DNA of 64,000 bases from Obrimoposthia wandeli (GCA_977020255.1 CDROCS010003383.1:310001-374000), one strand, 5' to 3'. Positions 26,826-39,804 are shown, numbered from the stretch's first letter. Notes: generated from the sequence alone by a model not told the origin. Made by a program: numbers and translations.

Positions 26826-29520
26826 TGTGAGGTTGAATATATTGCGTTGTTTGATATGTTTGACGAGTATGTTTGTATGTCTGTAAATTATGTCTGTGTG
26901 TCTGTTATTTATATTTGTATTTCTTATGCTCACTCGAGAATGCTGCTACTCCTCATAGAATACTGTATAATCAAGGAATATTCTAGAAACAAAATGGACG
27001 TATTTGCTTTTGTTTTAATATTCTGTTTTTGTGAATATAATTTGAATTGATGTCTTTTAAATTTTATCGAGTAGTAAACCCATTACAATTCGACCTAGAA
27101 AACTGCCAGCCCATTTATTATCGAATATCCAGGAACATATTGAAGATATGGAAAATAATGGGATAATCAAGGAATGTGATTCACCATGAAATTCACCATT
27201 GGTTTGTATAAAGAAAAAAGATTCAATGATGTTAGGATGTCTGGATTTTAGAGCTTTAAACAAAGTCACAGAGAGACCCATATTCCCGAATCCAAATACT
27301 GATGAAATACCAGATAGTCTTAACGGTACAAACTATACTGTAGACTTAGGTAATGCATACTATCCAGTCGACAGTCGAATTAGACGAATGTTCTAAATTA
27401 AAGACAGCGGTTTCAACTTAAAATAAACAATATTGTTTTCAGAGAATGCCTTTTGGAATCGCAGCAGCAGCAGCAACCTTTCAAAAATTAATGAACAAAG
27501 TTTTGGGAGGTTTGAATTGGAAAATTGCCACGGTGTGTTTGGACGATATTCTTATTTTCTCTAATAATATAAATGAACACTATGAGAAGATTGAACATGT
27601 TTTCAAGAAAATTAGTGAATCAGGATTAAAAATAAGTCCAAAGAAATGTCATTTTTTGAAGAAAGAAGTAAATTTTTAGGCCACATAATAAATCAAAATA
27701 GAGTAAAGACGGATTGAGAAAAGATCAAAGTAAAATAAAAAATGTACGACTCCAAAATGTGTGTAAAAGCTTCGAAGCTTTTAGGACTCGCTAATTACGA
27801 CAGGAAATTCATTGAGGATTATTCAAAAAGTATTAGAGCTATCTAGCAGTAAGTCTTAAAACCTGTATGGAAAAATGAATGTGAAGAAAGTTTTCTAGCC
27901 TTAAGAGAAAAAATATGCCAAACCCCAGTATTACAATTTCCTGATTATAATAAGCATTTTATATTGGATACAGATGCCAGTTTCGACAGCTTTGGAGCAG
28001 TTTTGTTATAATTGGATGATAATGAAAGAGAACGGGTTATAGCTTATGGTTCACACACAATGTCAAAACATGAAATTGGGTATTGTTTTACTCGAAAATA
28101 ATTACTGGCAATATACTATTTTTGCAATCACTTTAAGCACTATTTATACGGAAAACAATTTGTATTGAGAACAGACCATAAAGTAATAACTTTCATGACC
28201 AAAACAAAAATAACGATAACACCTCAGTTTCAAACATGGATAAACTACCTCAGTAGCCTTGACATAGATCTTCAGTATCGGAAAGGTGAGATGCAATGTC
28301 AAGAAGTGAATGTCAAACTTGTTTACAATGTCAAATGATACACCTGGATCCAAAGTTAGGAAGACTAAAACTAGGATATTGTTTATCATGAAGGATAATA
28401 ATGGTTGAGATACCTTAAAAATACCTTGAGAACACTTTTCATATGAAAAATATGATGTCCAGAATTAAATACATTGTTCAGAGCTGTAAAGCATGTCAAT
28501 TGAGAAAAATATTCACCGGAAGAACAAAAGAAGAGATAAAAAAACCAATATTAGTAAATTAATATAGTACGTTTAAATCAATTTTATGGATTTTGTGGAC
28601 CATTCAGAACAACAGTACATGGAAAAAAATATATTGGCTATAATTAATCAAGAAAGTAAATATATTGTTCTAACAGCTGTCAAAACTCAGGATGAAAAGA
28701 CAGTTGTTAACAGTATGTATTAAAGAATCAATGGATTTTGAAATTCGGATCACCTATGGTTATTAACATAGATAGAGGTAAAGGTTTTGAAAGTAAACTA
28801 TTTAAGGACTTCGTACAACAAATAAATAGCACTATTAATTATCCATTAGTCCATATCACCACTCAGCAAATGGACAAATTGAGAGGCAATTTCGGACTAT
28901 AAGAGATGCTATTCAAGTATCTTTGAAAGATAAAAATCATAAAGATTGGAGAGAATTGTTACCGGACGTTGAGTTTATGTTAAACTGCTCTTACCAAACA
29001 ACTTTAGCAAAAACACCTGCGTAAATGGTATATTGGAAAAAAGGTATTTAAAGAATGGTTAGGGAAGAAATGGGATATTGCTATGCCAGTGACACATCAT
29101 AAATGCGAGTTGGGCGATTTAGTGCTAGTAAAGAGAGAATTGAATAATAAAGCAGAAGATAGGTATGAAGGTCTAGCGAAAGTAACAAAGAATATTCATG
29201 AAAGAAGTTATGTGCTGAAATGTGAGAATGGACGTAAGTAGGTAAGAAATGTAGAGTGGCTAAAGCCAAGGGAGGATGTGAGGTTGAATATATTGCGTTA
29301 TTTGATATGTTTGTATGGCTGTAAATTATGTCTATATGTCTGTTATTTATATTTGTATTTCTTATGCTCACTCGAGATTGCTGCTACTCCTCATTCTATA
29401 TACTGTATAATCAAGGAATATTCTAGAAACAAAATGGACGTTTTTGTTTTTGTTTTAATATTCTGTTTTTGTGAATATAATTTGAATTGATGACTTCTGA
29501 TGTTATAACTCGTTCCAACA
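26826..29520 (+). mobile_element. Internally deleted Ty3/Gypsy LTR retrotransposon
   Basis: TGTGAGG at 26826 and 29277 (two LTRs), end TTCCAACA at 29520, 5-bp TSD ACTAT on both sides, PPT AAGCCAAGGGAGGA before the 3' LTR. Order RT (LDFRALNKVT, MPFGI, CLDDILIF), RNase H (DTDAS, RTDHK), integrase. Frameshifted; gag and protease are missing. Confidence 0.93.
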
Positions 29521-30640
29521 ACTATTAAAACTCAAAAAAATTCATTGTATTAGTCTTTAAATTTAGGAATAGTGGAAAATTTAAAACTTCTCTCATACCT
29601 CTGATAGAAGAACTAAAATAAAATGTGTCATTAAAATCTTTCAAAAATGCAAAAGGGTTTGTTAGATTCGTGTCGTGTCCATGCAATCATATCACCAATT
29701 TATATTCAAACAAAAACACGCAACATTTAGTTCTAGCTTCTTCCTTCGTCATTGACCTTCGACTTAAGACATAATGTTATAATTCAGTTATTGGGCATGT
29801 CGTACGTTCGCCCAATCACTTGTGAAAACATACAATAATCATATATATTTAAATCTTACTATAATTCATTTTAGCCATCCCATAGTGTTGGTTTTTCTTC
29901 TTTTAGTGTAGAGAAAACTGTTTTAAATTGTATGTATGCTTAGCAGTTTGTGGTATCACTTACATTTCAATTATTTATATTTTAGACGCATAGAAAACGC
30001 TAAATAAATGAAATAAATCGTCAGATTCTTTTTGTTAGAATCTTAGTACCCCATACACAGCATTCTTCAAATAAAAGTTAGACGGGATAAAACAAGTATT
30101 AATATTTTATAAATACGATAAATATCGATTGATTAGATTCTACTCGACTAGAATGCTTTTATGCATCAATAGTATGGTAGATCATTCATATCTTAATCAT
30201 TTACCTGGATATAAAAGTATCAGTCATCGAATTATCCTTCATTCACCCTACATCCTTTTCTCGGAGAAAACATTCCTTCTCCTGAAAGACGCATGGATTT
30301 TCAAAAATCATCAAAATTTGACCAAAATCGACCAAAATTTAATGATTTTTCCAATTTTTTAAAGTTTGTCGATAAAATCCCTTTTTTGACCAAAATTTCA
30401 GAAAAAGATTCCAGTGCTGGTTCTAGGGGGCTTTGTCCTGAAAGACGAACATTCCCCCACTGTGGGAATTGTGGGGCAGAAGAAGGTGCAATATGTCCAC
30501 AAATTTAATAATTGCATTAAAAAAATTTTACGCATTCGATTCCTCCTATTTCTAGTTATATTCATGTAATATAGCAGACGATCTAATATTTTGAACTATC
30601 AGTAGTTAATTGTTGTAAATTAATTACCATAATAAAACAG

Positions 30641-30831
30641 GAAGATTTGCGGTGGATTCTGAGAGAGAAGTGTTGTTGTCTATTCTTCTGGCTGAAATAC
30701 AAGTCTGAGGACAACTATGGCGGGGCTGTGACAAACTGCAACAGCAGCATCACCGGAGCCAACAGTATCAAGATGAATCGATCGGGATCTGCCGAAGAAC
30801 TGGCTGAGAAAGCCAACAAGAAGAAACTGGG
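30641..30831 (+). CDS. GPCR coding exon 4 (helix 8, proximal C-tail)
   Basis: Acceptor aaacag|GAA in phase 0 continues ...NDSFQ-EDLRWILREKCCCLFF (helix 8 plus Cys cluster typical of palmitoylation sites). Phase-2 donor GG|gtatga at 30832. Confidence 0.85.
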
Positions 30832-31305
30832 GTATGACTCAACTGTTACGTGTGAAAATCTTTATATACCTCAATTTTTATTATTTTATTATTATAGGGA
30901 CGGAACTTTATAAAACGTTTTAAACCACTTAGGACATCTAGTTAATTAGAATGTGCACTTAAAAGTGTACTTGTTGTAAAAATAATTATTTTAGTTATTT
31001 CAGGCTTTGTTGTTTTTGAGCTATTTGGGACCAATTTAGCTCTGGCAACGTTTTGTGTTTCATTGGGCCCGGTTGGTTTCGATTCATTGGAGATCCTATT
31101 TTATGGATTTAAATATTGACTACCGATCGATGCAAATTTGAATTCAAGATCTTACTTTTTTGATGAAAAAATTGCATTTTCTCACTAAAGGAATTTCTCG
31201 AGCATGTAAATGCATCTTAAGACCAACGATACTGACTGTAGATTGTTTAGGAAATTCTCAAATAACATATCGAGTGATGGAATATTTTAATTGTATGCTC
31301 TAAAT

Positions 31306-31597
31306 CAGGGGTTCCCAAACATTTTTGGCCGCGGAACCCTTTGATATTATTTAAAATATATGGGAACTCCTACCTATTAAAAAATAATTAAAACCATAAA
31401 GTGAAGAATAAAAATAAAACTTCTTTATATTGAAAAACGACAACATAAAAATTTAAGTTTAACTAATGAAGTATTTATTAAGTAGTTAGTGCCCTGGTAG
31501 GTAACGTTAATGCTAATTTTTGTAAATTTATTTTTAATTAAATTTCAACTCGCGGAACCTCTGCTTTTGTATACGGAATCCACTTTGGGAACTCCTG
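31306..31597. mobile_element. hAT-family MITE (292 bp)
   Basis: TIRs CAGGGGTTCCCAAA / TTTGGGAACTCCTG and a perfect 8-bp TSD CTCTAAAT (31298-31305, 31598-31605). Confidence 0.93.
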
Positions 31598-31870
31598 CTC
31601 TAAATCTTTACAACAATTTAGCAATATATATGAGCAACTTTAACAATGTGGAAAATCCAATAAGCAGCTGAAGACTTTACAATTCAGAAATAATTATGTA
31701 GAATAATGAAAAACATGAAGCGCTTTGAGTAATAATTCATAAATGTATTAGATATTACGCCATATTAAATATACTATTGTTATAATTGTGACATTAATTT
31801 TTTATGGAAAATGCTTTTTGATGCCGCAGAATATACTATTGACATTACAACTGATTATGGAATAATATTA

Positions 31871-34800
31871 TGTAACTGTTTTTGAGTTTTATATATGTAA
31901 TTAACAAGAGAAAAACTGTTTTTACAACTGATAAAATTATTTAATTATCAATAATATTGCAACAAATTGTTTGAGAGACTACATGATAATGTTGAATAGG
32001 TTGAATTTTTTCTTTGAAAATTTAAATTTTGTATTTCGCTTTTATCACAAATTGATGCAGCTAGGCTGCTAATTAATTATCGATCTCAAGTCGATAATAA
32101 TTATTATATTAGAATTATATGATTTTATTTATTAAATAAAACATAGTACTTATATCGGCGAACACACATGGGGACACTAACAGGTAATTTCTGCCCTAAA
32201 AACGAAGTTTGTGAATGTGTTTTTGACTCGAGTATTGTGTTTCTGTTTTTTTTGGTGTTTATGATGATTTTGAGATTTCTGTTGATTAGTATTGAGTGTT
32301 GTATGGTTTGTGTTTTATCGTAAGACACGTTATATGAACCTTCATATTTTGGTTCTAATGAAAAACGGTTGCCTCTTTTTATGGCTTTCTTTTATGCAGC
32401 GATACAATCTGTCTGTCTTTCCGTTTGATTGTGGGTTGCCTGTTGTAGTAGTAATGAGTTTTATGTTTTTATTGTGCATAAACCAAAGAAAGTTTGGCTT
32501 ATAATTTGTCTTCCTTGGTCAGTATCTTTTATTGAGGTGAATCTATTTGTTCTGAACCACTTTTTGTAAAATGTGTTCCAAGTGTATTTATATGTTGTGT
32601 TTTTATTAGTAATGCAGAAAACAAGCTTATTTGTTATCTATTATGGTTAGGGGGTGTACGAATTTTTCGTTAGTAATGGTCTGAAGATGTATACGTGATT
32701 TATGTGGAAGGCTTCGCTGTTTATGCTGAGTGGGGTTGTTTTGTTCGTGTAACATTGTACGGAGTTGTACGAATTATTCTATGTAAAGGTTTTGTAAATA
32801 TTATTCTGATTAAACTGGGTGTTATGTTTTCGTGCTGGATGTCAGTGATTTGTATAAGTCGTAACTTGTCGTGTGTGATTTCGGATATGCTTTGTTTGAA
32901 TTTGGTTTATATATCTTCGAAATTGTTTTATGTTGAGTTGTTTTTGACTTGTGGTATGCGAGAGTGTATCCGCGATTATGTTGACGTTTCCTGGGATGTA
33001 TTTTATTTCGTAAGTGGATTGTGAAATGTAATTGAGATTTCCAAGCGTTGGTTTTTCATGCCATTCATGTGTAGTAGTGGTTTGTAGTTTGTGTATATTG
33101 TGAAAGGTTTATCGGTGAGAAAATTTTCGTAGGGTTTGATGGCTTGATGTATTGCTAAACGTTCTCGGTCAAAAGTAAAATATTTTATTTGATGTGCTTT
33201 TAGTTTTCGTGAGAAAAAAGCTACTGGGTTCGACTTGATTTAATGTTGCTACTATGACATGGTTTGATGGGTCGGTTCTACGTGTTCGTCAGGATTAGAA
33301 TAGTTAACGTTGTGGCTTTGAATATTGCTTCCGTTGCTCCTTCAAATTGTTTGATGTCCTGGACGGATATTTTTATCTTTACTGTAATCGTGTAGCGTGC
33401 TAATATGAACGCGCAGTTGTGAATGTGTTTGTGGTAGAAATTGATCATGTCTAAGAACTGTTTCATTTCTCTTATATTTGTTGGTGTTGGAAAGTTTTGG
33501 TTGCTTGTGTCTTTTCGAAATTTGGTTTTATTCCATTTTGTGAGATTGAGTCCAAAGGAAGTGATTTCGTGTTCGGAGAAGTGGCATATTTCTTTGCTTA
33601 TGATTAGGTTATTAGTGAATATTGTTTTGTACAGCTTGTAAGTCTTCTGTGTGTTGTTCTGTTGTGGGGCTTGTGATTATTATGCCATATATATAAGTGG
33701 TTGTGTTTAGTGCATCGTGAATTATTTTTTCCATGAATCGTATGAATGCTGCTGCTGAGTTTTATTGTAACTAAAATGCACCTTAATGTATTCGAACATT
33801 CTGAATGGGGTAGTTAAGACGGTTTTGGGTATGTTCTGTGATTTTAGTGGTATGTGGTGATATGCAGATTTAAGATAATTTTTCAAACATATTCTGATGT
33901 TGTGTATGAGTGGTATTGGGTATTTTGGCAGTTTTCTAATTGTCTGGTGGTAATTGTCTGACTTTTGAATATGTGGGTCTACCGTTTGCAATGATTTTGT
34001 GTGTGATTTCGTTTGGTTTCTCATGTTGTCGTGAGGTTAATGTATGGGTTGTGTTGATGGTTTGATATGTGGATTTTTGTCTTGTCATTTGAGTTGTTTG
34101 TATGGTGTTCTGTGTGCTATTTGTGTAAATTGTACTTTTGTTTAAGTAGGTTGAGTCTTTTGTGTTTGTGTCGATTTTTTTGTGGTTTGTAGTTTTGATT
34201 TTTTGTCAAAGTTTTGCTTCTGCAATCGACAACTACATTGAAATATGCTAAACAATTACTTCGAGGATCGGTTTTGGTATGTCTGCTATGATGAATTCCT
34301 ATTTTGAAATGTCGTTGTCTAGTTGTATGCTTATCTTGGTTGAAATGCAAGTTTTATGGGGGGTTGGTTTGTCCGTGTTTGTGTGTGAATGTAGGTGTGA
34401 TATTTCAGGGAGTTGTGGAAACTGTGACTCAGTGTCTATGAGGAAATTTAAATTATTTATGTTTGAATGTGCCGTGAATATGGGGTTGCAATCAACGATA
34501 ATTGGTACGCTTAACGTTGATGTCGCTAGTTTTTTGTTGGTGTAATTAGATGGAATGGTCTATTTGATTTCTTGGTTTCCGTAGGTGTTGTGGTGATAAC
34601 ATGTATTTGAATTGTTTGTGGAGTTGGGGAATTGAAGCGTGGTCTGTTGCTGTGTCTGTGTGATGAGGGGGGTCTATATATTTATGGTGTAGAGTTGAGT
34701 GTTGGTTTGTGTAATATTTTATGAAAATTTATCCACTTTTTAATTATTTATGTAATTATTTTATTTTATTATAATTATTTTCAAATCGTGTATGACTGAA

Positions 34801-35866
34801 TCAGTGTTGTTTAGTGTATCGTGTCGTATGTGTACTGTTGAAGTGTGGTGTGTTGATCATAAGAATGCAATTTATCGGATGTTGTGGCTAATTATTCTAA
34901 TGGGTAATGTTGTATTGTTGTGATTTTTAGTTTGAAATATATTTCCCGTAGAATTGAATGTTGTATGTCGTGTGTGATGTTTGGCTGGATGAGTTGTAAT
35001 TATTTTCTCTAAAGCATTTAAGTGTTGACTCGGTTTTTTGAGGAGTCGTAAGTTGTATTGAACAAGGTTTTCATAATCTCACTTTTGTTTATTGTGTAAT
35101 TCTCTTTATAATATGTTTTATGTGTTGTGGTGGTGTGTGTGCTTGTTGATTTCTGTGATTTTATCCGTGATTTCGTCTAGGATGTTCGCAGGTAGTGTTG
35201 TGTGATTTCTTGAGTATGTGTTTGGCATTGCGGATGCCAGAGATGTTGATGGTGGTCTTCGTTAAAGAACATTGTGGTGTGTTGGCTTGTTGGTGTGACA
35301 TTGACTTCTTGTCATTATATGTGTACTTTATGTTTGTGCTTGTGTTCTGAAAATGTCCTAAAATGTTATCGCCAATTTGATGTTAGAATTAAAGTAGTCA
35401 AAATTGATAAAATACTTTTTTTAATAACTACAAGTGAAAATACAAAAAAATTAGCGGGCTGAGAAGTTGATGAGTCAAATCTGTTGAATCCTGTTAATGT
35501 TAATTGTGTTGTTGATAGAGTTGGTTTTGATGTCGTGTATTCTTTCTTCTGACATCAATGTTCTGGGGTTTTATGGATATAACTGTCAAAAGAGAAATAA
35601 TTTATACAACTGTCTAAAATATTTAATTATCCAAAGTATTGGAACAAATTGTTTGTGAAATCACAGGATAATGTTGAATGGATTGTTGTTTTTTTATTTT
35701 CACAATTTCTATATGCTGTTATCACCAATTATCTAGACTGCTAATTGATCATTGGCATACCGTCGATAAGAATTAATATATAGAATTAATGGATTTGAAT
35801 TTTTATTATCACATATTACTTATATCGGCCAATACACAACAGTTACACATTTAGGGGCTCTAAATA
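31871..35866 (-). mobile_element. Old Ty3/Gypsy retrotransposon, antisense in GPCR intron 4, G-depleted on its sense strand
   Basis: Two diverged direct repeats (~31871-32200 and ~35559-35866; outer ends approximate). PBS-like TTGATGTCAGAAG immediately after the LTR CA at 35559 (tRNA-Leu-type TGGTGTCAGAAG). RT remnants (YPIPLIH, LKSAYHHIP, IPKT..TTPF), FLDMINFY, RNase H (PVAFFSRKL, TFDRE.LAI, FTIYTNYKPL), NIIADTLS. Confidence 0.85.
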
Positions 35867-36349
35867 CAAATTAATATATTTTATTAGACAAATTAGCATT
35901 TTCTGGAATAAAAGCTAATATATTATTTTTATTATTTGATTAAGAGTTTTACACGTTAATCAAAATGCCAGTCACAGTTGCGGTTCTTAATGACGATTGT
36001 CTGTGTGTTCGTGTGCCTATTGTCTGGCGTCTTTACTGAGCCAATCTTCTTCTTTGTCATCCAATCAAGGCCTTTGACCGTATTCTATTGGCTATTTATG
36101 AGTGTGGTGACCTTCAAGACTGGATTTTTATGTGTTAATTTAAAATACCGGTTTTATGAAAGTTTCTTCCCAAAATGTTTTTTCTAAGAAATTCCCTAGG
36201 TATTTATAGGTCACAAAAAGGTTTCACTGGTCAATCATTCGCGTGATTCTAAAATAAGGCCAGATGCATACACACAGACTGTTTCTGGTCTCAAACATTA
36301 TCAGCAAGTCTGTCATTCCAACCCCAGGGGAAATCTGTATCTTTCATAG

Positions 36350-36423
36350 GCAGAAATTCAGTAGTTCTGTCAGCAGTCGCTCAACCGGTTCCGAGCTGCA
36401 TGTTCCCCGAGCCAATTGTAAAG
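36350..36423 (+). CDS. Candidate alternative GPCR exon 5a (Ser-rich)
   Basis: Acceptor tttcatag|G is phase-compatible with exon 4 (GG+G). Encodes QKFSSSVSSRSTGSELHVPRANCK as a GC-rich island; donor AAG|gtatgg at 36424, or read-through to a stop at 36677. Confidence 0.55.
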
Positions 36424-36661
36424 GTATGGTCATTCATCAACAATTTAATACAGACAGAAATGACCACAAAGTAACGTACACTGTAACCTCAGTAGCCATG
36501 AATCGACTTAAAAGATACATTTCGTATCAAGGGGCTCAATACAAAATTAATACTTGGGGAAATAAATTAAAATCTAAACAAATTATCAATCATTTCTTAA
36601 CAAAAATCATCATAAATTTGATTTACAAAAAGACCGAAAGTTTAAAATTTTTATTTAATTA

Positions 36662-37676
36662 TGCCTGGTATGGATAAAAAGTATCGATACTCGACATAAA
36701 TTAAAGTGTTATAACAATAACATTTTATGTTTATAAATACATTATAGGTTAGGTTTATTTTTCAATATAACCGCCTTCCTCCAGTACACACTTTTTCCAC
36801 CGTTCAACTAGCATTTCAAAGGACCTTTTCTTTTAGTTCATCTTTAGAAGTAAACTTCTTTCCTCTTAAATCCTTTTTAAGATGACTATAAAGCCAAAAA
36901 TGGCTTGGGGCTAGGTCTGGACTATAATGAGGATGATCCAATTGCAGAAAACCCGTTTGTGCTACGGTTGTCCGTGTTTTTGCTGCACTATGGAGCATTA
37001 TCGTGTAACAAAAACATTGTCTGACCCCTAGAATTTCTACGAAGGGATCTGGTTTCTTTTACTAATGAAGAACAATATTCGGAATCTATAAATCCTGCAG
37101 TATAATCACTTTTAATCACTATGTTATATTCCCAAAATAATGTTAACAAATTTACAGCCTAGTTTACGTATTAATAATTGTTGTAACATATTCTGTACTG
37201 TTTTCTTACAAACATTTAGTCGCATTGAAAGTTATCTTTGCGTTAGTTTCCTTTCATTTTTAACAAGTTTAGTTAACATTTCTAATTTGTCTTCATTTTC
37301 ATGAAGCCTTCCACTTTTAACTTCATCAAAAACATTCTCTCTCTCCGATAAAAACTCATTAATCCATTTATATATGTTAGCACGATTCATTGCTACTTTC
37401 CCGTACACTTCTTGAATTTCTTTAACTATTTCATGTCTTTCCATGTTCTTCAAAATTAAATATTTAATAACGCTTCTTATTTCAACAGTTTCATACATTT
37501 TCTATAAAATTGTTATAATATTAATATTCAAATACTTTATTCAATAAAATTAATTAAAGTAAGGCCTAGTCATTATGATTAATAAATATATTTAAACAAA
37601 ACTTTATTTTAATTCAAACATAGAAATTTTAATTCATATGATATCGAGACTTGGTGCTTTTTATTCACACTAGTAT
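36662..37676 (-). mobile_element. Mariner transposon remnant with internal deletion
   Basis: ORF 37232-37498 is a mariner N-terminal HTH (EIRSVIKYL...VYG..AM...IYKWINEF...DEVKSGR). ORF 36816-36998 has HPHYSPDLAPSHFWLY (YSPDLAPSD with Asp lost). Degenerate TIRs at both ends. Confidence 0.8.
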
Positions 37677-39626
37677 GTAATATTGTTTATTTTGAGAGAA
37701 ACGTTTGTATCGTGAATTTAATTAAGAATCAGTACTATACCGAAATGTGTAAGTTTCTTATGATTGAAAGTTCTTTAAATTCTGAATTATAAATAAATCA
37801 CAAATATGTAATTTAATTAATTATACATTATAGATGAATTACTATGGAATAAAAAGTCGTACGCTTTCAAACCAAATATATTTTTTAAATATAAATTATT
37901 TACAATTTAATAAGGTACTTTATCAAAATCGCATATTTGGTTTAAAATGTCCTATAATATGAGAAGTACATAAAACATTACAATGCTAACCGGCAGTCAA
38001 CCTCATCAATGGGTTTCTCATACAATCAAAATGGGTAAACAATTACGATAACAAAATCCGTTTTATATTATCTAATCGTATTCAAATACCTGCTATGTAT
38101 ATCTGGGTATCATATGGAAATCCTAAACTATATAATCCTAAAATTTTCAGATAAAAAGAAAGATCAAATTATCATTCTCAGTTTGACTGGTCTTTGAACG
38201 CAGCTCCAGTATTGTAAATGTAAAGGGTTGGGGAATTGGGATAGACTTGGTTACATCTCCGCCATATACATAATCACCATCAAGATCTTTATCGTTGTTA
38301 GCTACTATTTAAAATGTATATGAGCTCTCCTACTTGTTGGTCCTGTGGTTTTAATTGTATTATATTTCCCTTTATATCTTATTGTAATTTCTAAAAATTA
38401 ACTTTCAATTATTTTATATTTGAAGCCCACTATTACACTTAAGACTTGTTTCCAGTCTTGGCATTTGGAAGAATTTTGATGAGGACCATGGGTAATTTGA
38501 AGATCTTTCAAACAAAACTATGGATCTATTGATGCAATTCCCAAAATTTTATTTATGTGAAAGGGGGTTTTTCAGCTCGTATATATGAACGATAAATAAA
38601 AAAATATATTGTATTTGAAGCATGACCTGCAATTGAAACTGATCAACAAAAGACCTTCAATTGACTAAGTGCCCACGAAATCATTATTCATATTAATAAA
38701 TTTGGTAAATTATTTTATTTGAATTTTTTGTATATTATTTACGCATAGGAATATACCTGGCGTTAGGAATGCAGCAGAAAATTAGAAAAATAATAAGAGT
38801 GCCGTGCAAAACGTTTCCTTTAACTTTGGACAATCCCGCAGGTTTCTTTTTTCAGCATATTTCAAGATTGCTAATTTTTGGGTACTTGTGTAAGATTTCG
38901 ATGTGCTTAGGAATTTTATAAATTGACTTAATATTAGTTTCATTTTATTGTACAATTTTACTTTGCTAAATTAATTTCTAATTCCGATCCAGACTTTTTT
39001 TCATGTATTTTATTCGGAGAAAATAATTTTATCCCAATAACAGGAAAATTCCTAAACTGTCTTCTATGTGAAATCTAACCCTGGTTGTTTGTGAACTTTA
39101 TTTAAAGTTTATATCGTTTAAGGAAACTACCTTTTAACATCGCAAAAGAGTAAATCATTAACTGGAACATCCATTGTTCATGATATCTTTCTAACATTTA
39201 TTTAGGCCTCTCTTATAATGCACCATGTTTGCCTGTTTCTTTTTGTTCACATCTTTTCAAATTTTCCAATAATAATTTGGGCATGAAGAAATTTTCTACT
39301 CGTTTAAAGATATTTTTAATATTTTCCTTTTCCATGCATTTTCATAATTTTCTATATCTTTTATTGCTTTAGACATTTACTTTTAAATATTCTTCTTCAG
39401 TTTAACGAAATATTAATAATACTAGGCATATTTTTTGGGGGAAAATTTTTATTTTTAAATATATTAATTTCAAAACTTTAATTAAACTTTTTTTTTTTTT
39501 TTAAATTAAATTTTGTTCAATTTTTAATATATTAAAATTTTAAGTTATGAAAATATTATTGTAAAACGTTTTACGTAAAATGTCAATATATTTTTGCCCT
39601 ATAGTTACCAGATCGAATTTTTGCAG

Positions 39627-39804
39627 GCAACCACTGAAGTGCGACAAGCACGGCTACATCAATGTGAACTCATCGAGCTCTGTCAAATGTCGAGCTGGTT
39701 CAGAAAGGGTCCTCGAGCGCAACCAGCAACCAAGGGCCGGATTTGTGGATGCCATCGAGCCGAGCTACGAAGATAAAACCGTACAAATGGTAACCCAACT
39801 GTGA
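39627..39804 (+). CDS. GPCR terminal coding exon
   Basis: Acceptor ttttgcag|G joins exon 4 in phase 2 (GG+G=Gly). Reads QPLKCDKHGYINVNSSSS...YEDKTVQMVTQL-TGA. The five exons give an uninterrupted ~466-aa 7TM protein. Confidence 0.8.

Noticed and set aside
32125-35462. Several 60-110 aa ORFs on both strands
   Set aside because: Plus-strand ones are low-complexity V/C/M/F-rich products of the G/T-skewed antisense; minus-strand ones are broken Gypsy pol pieces.
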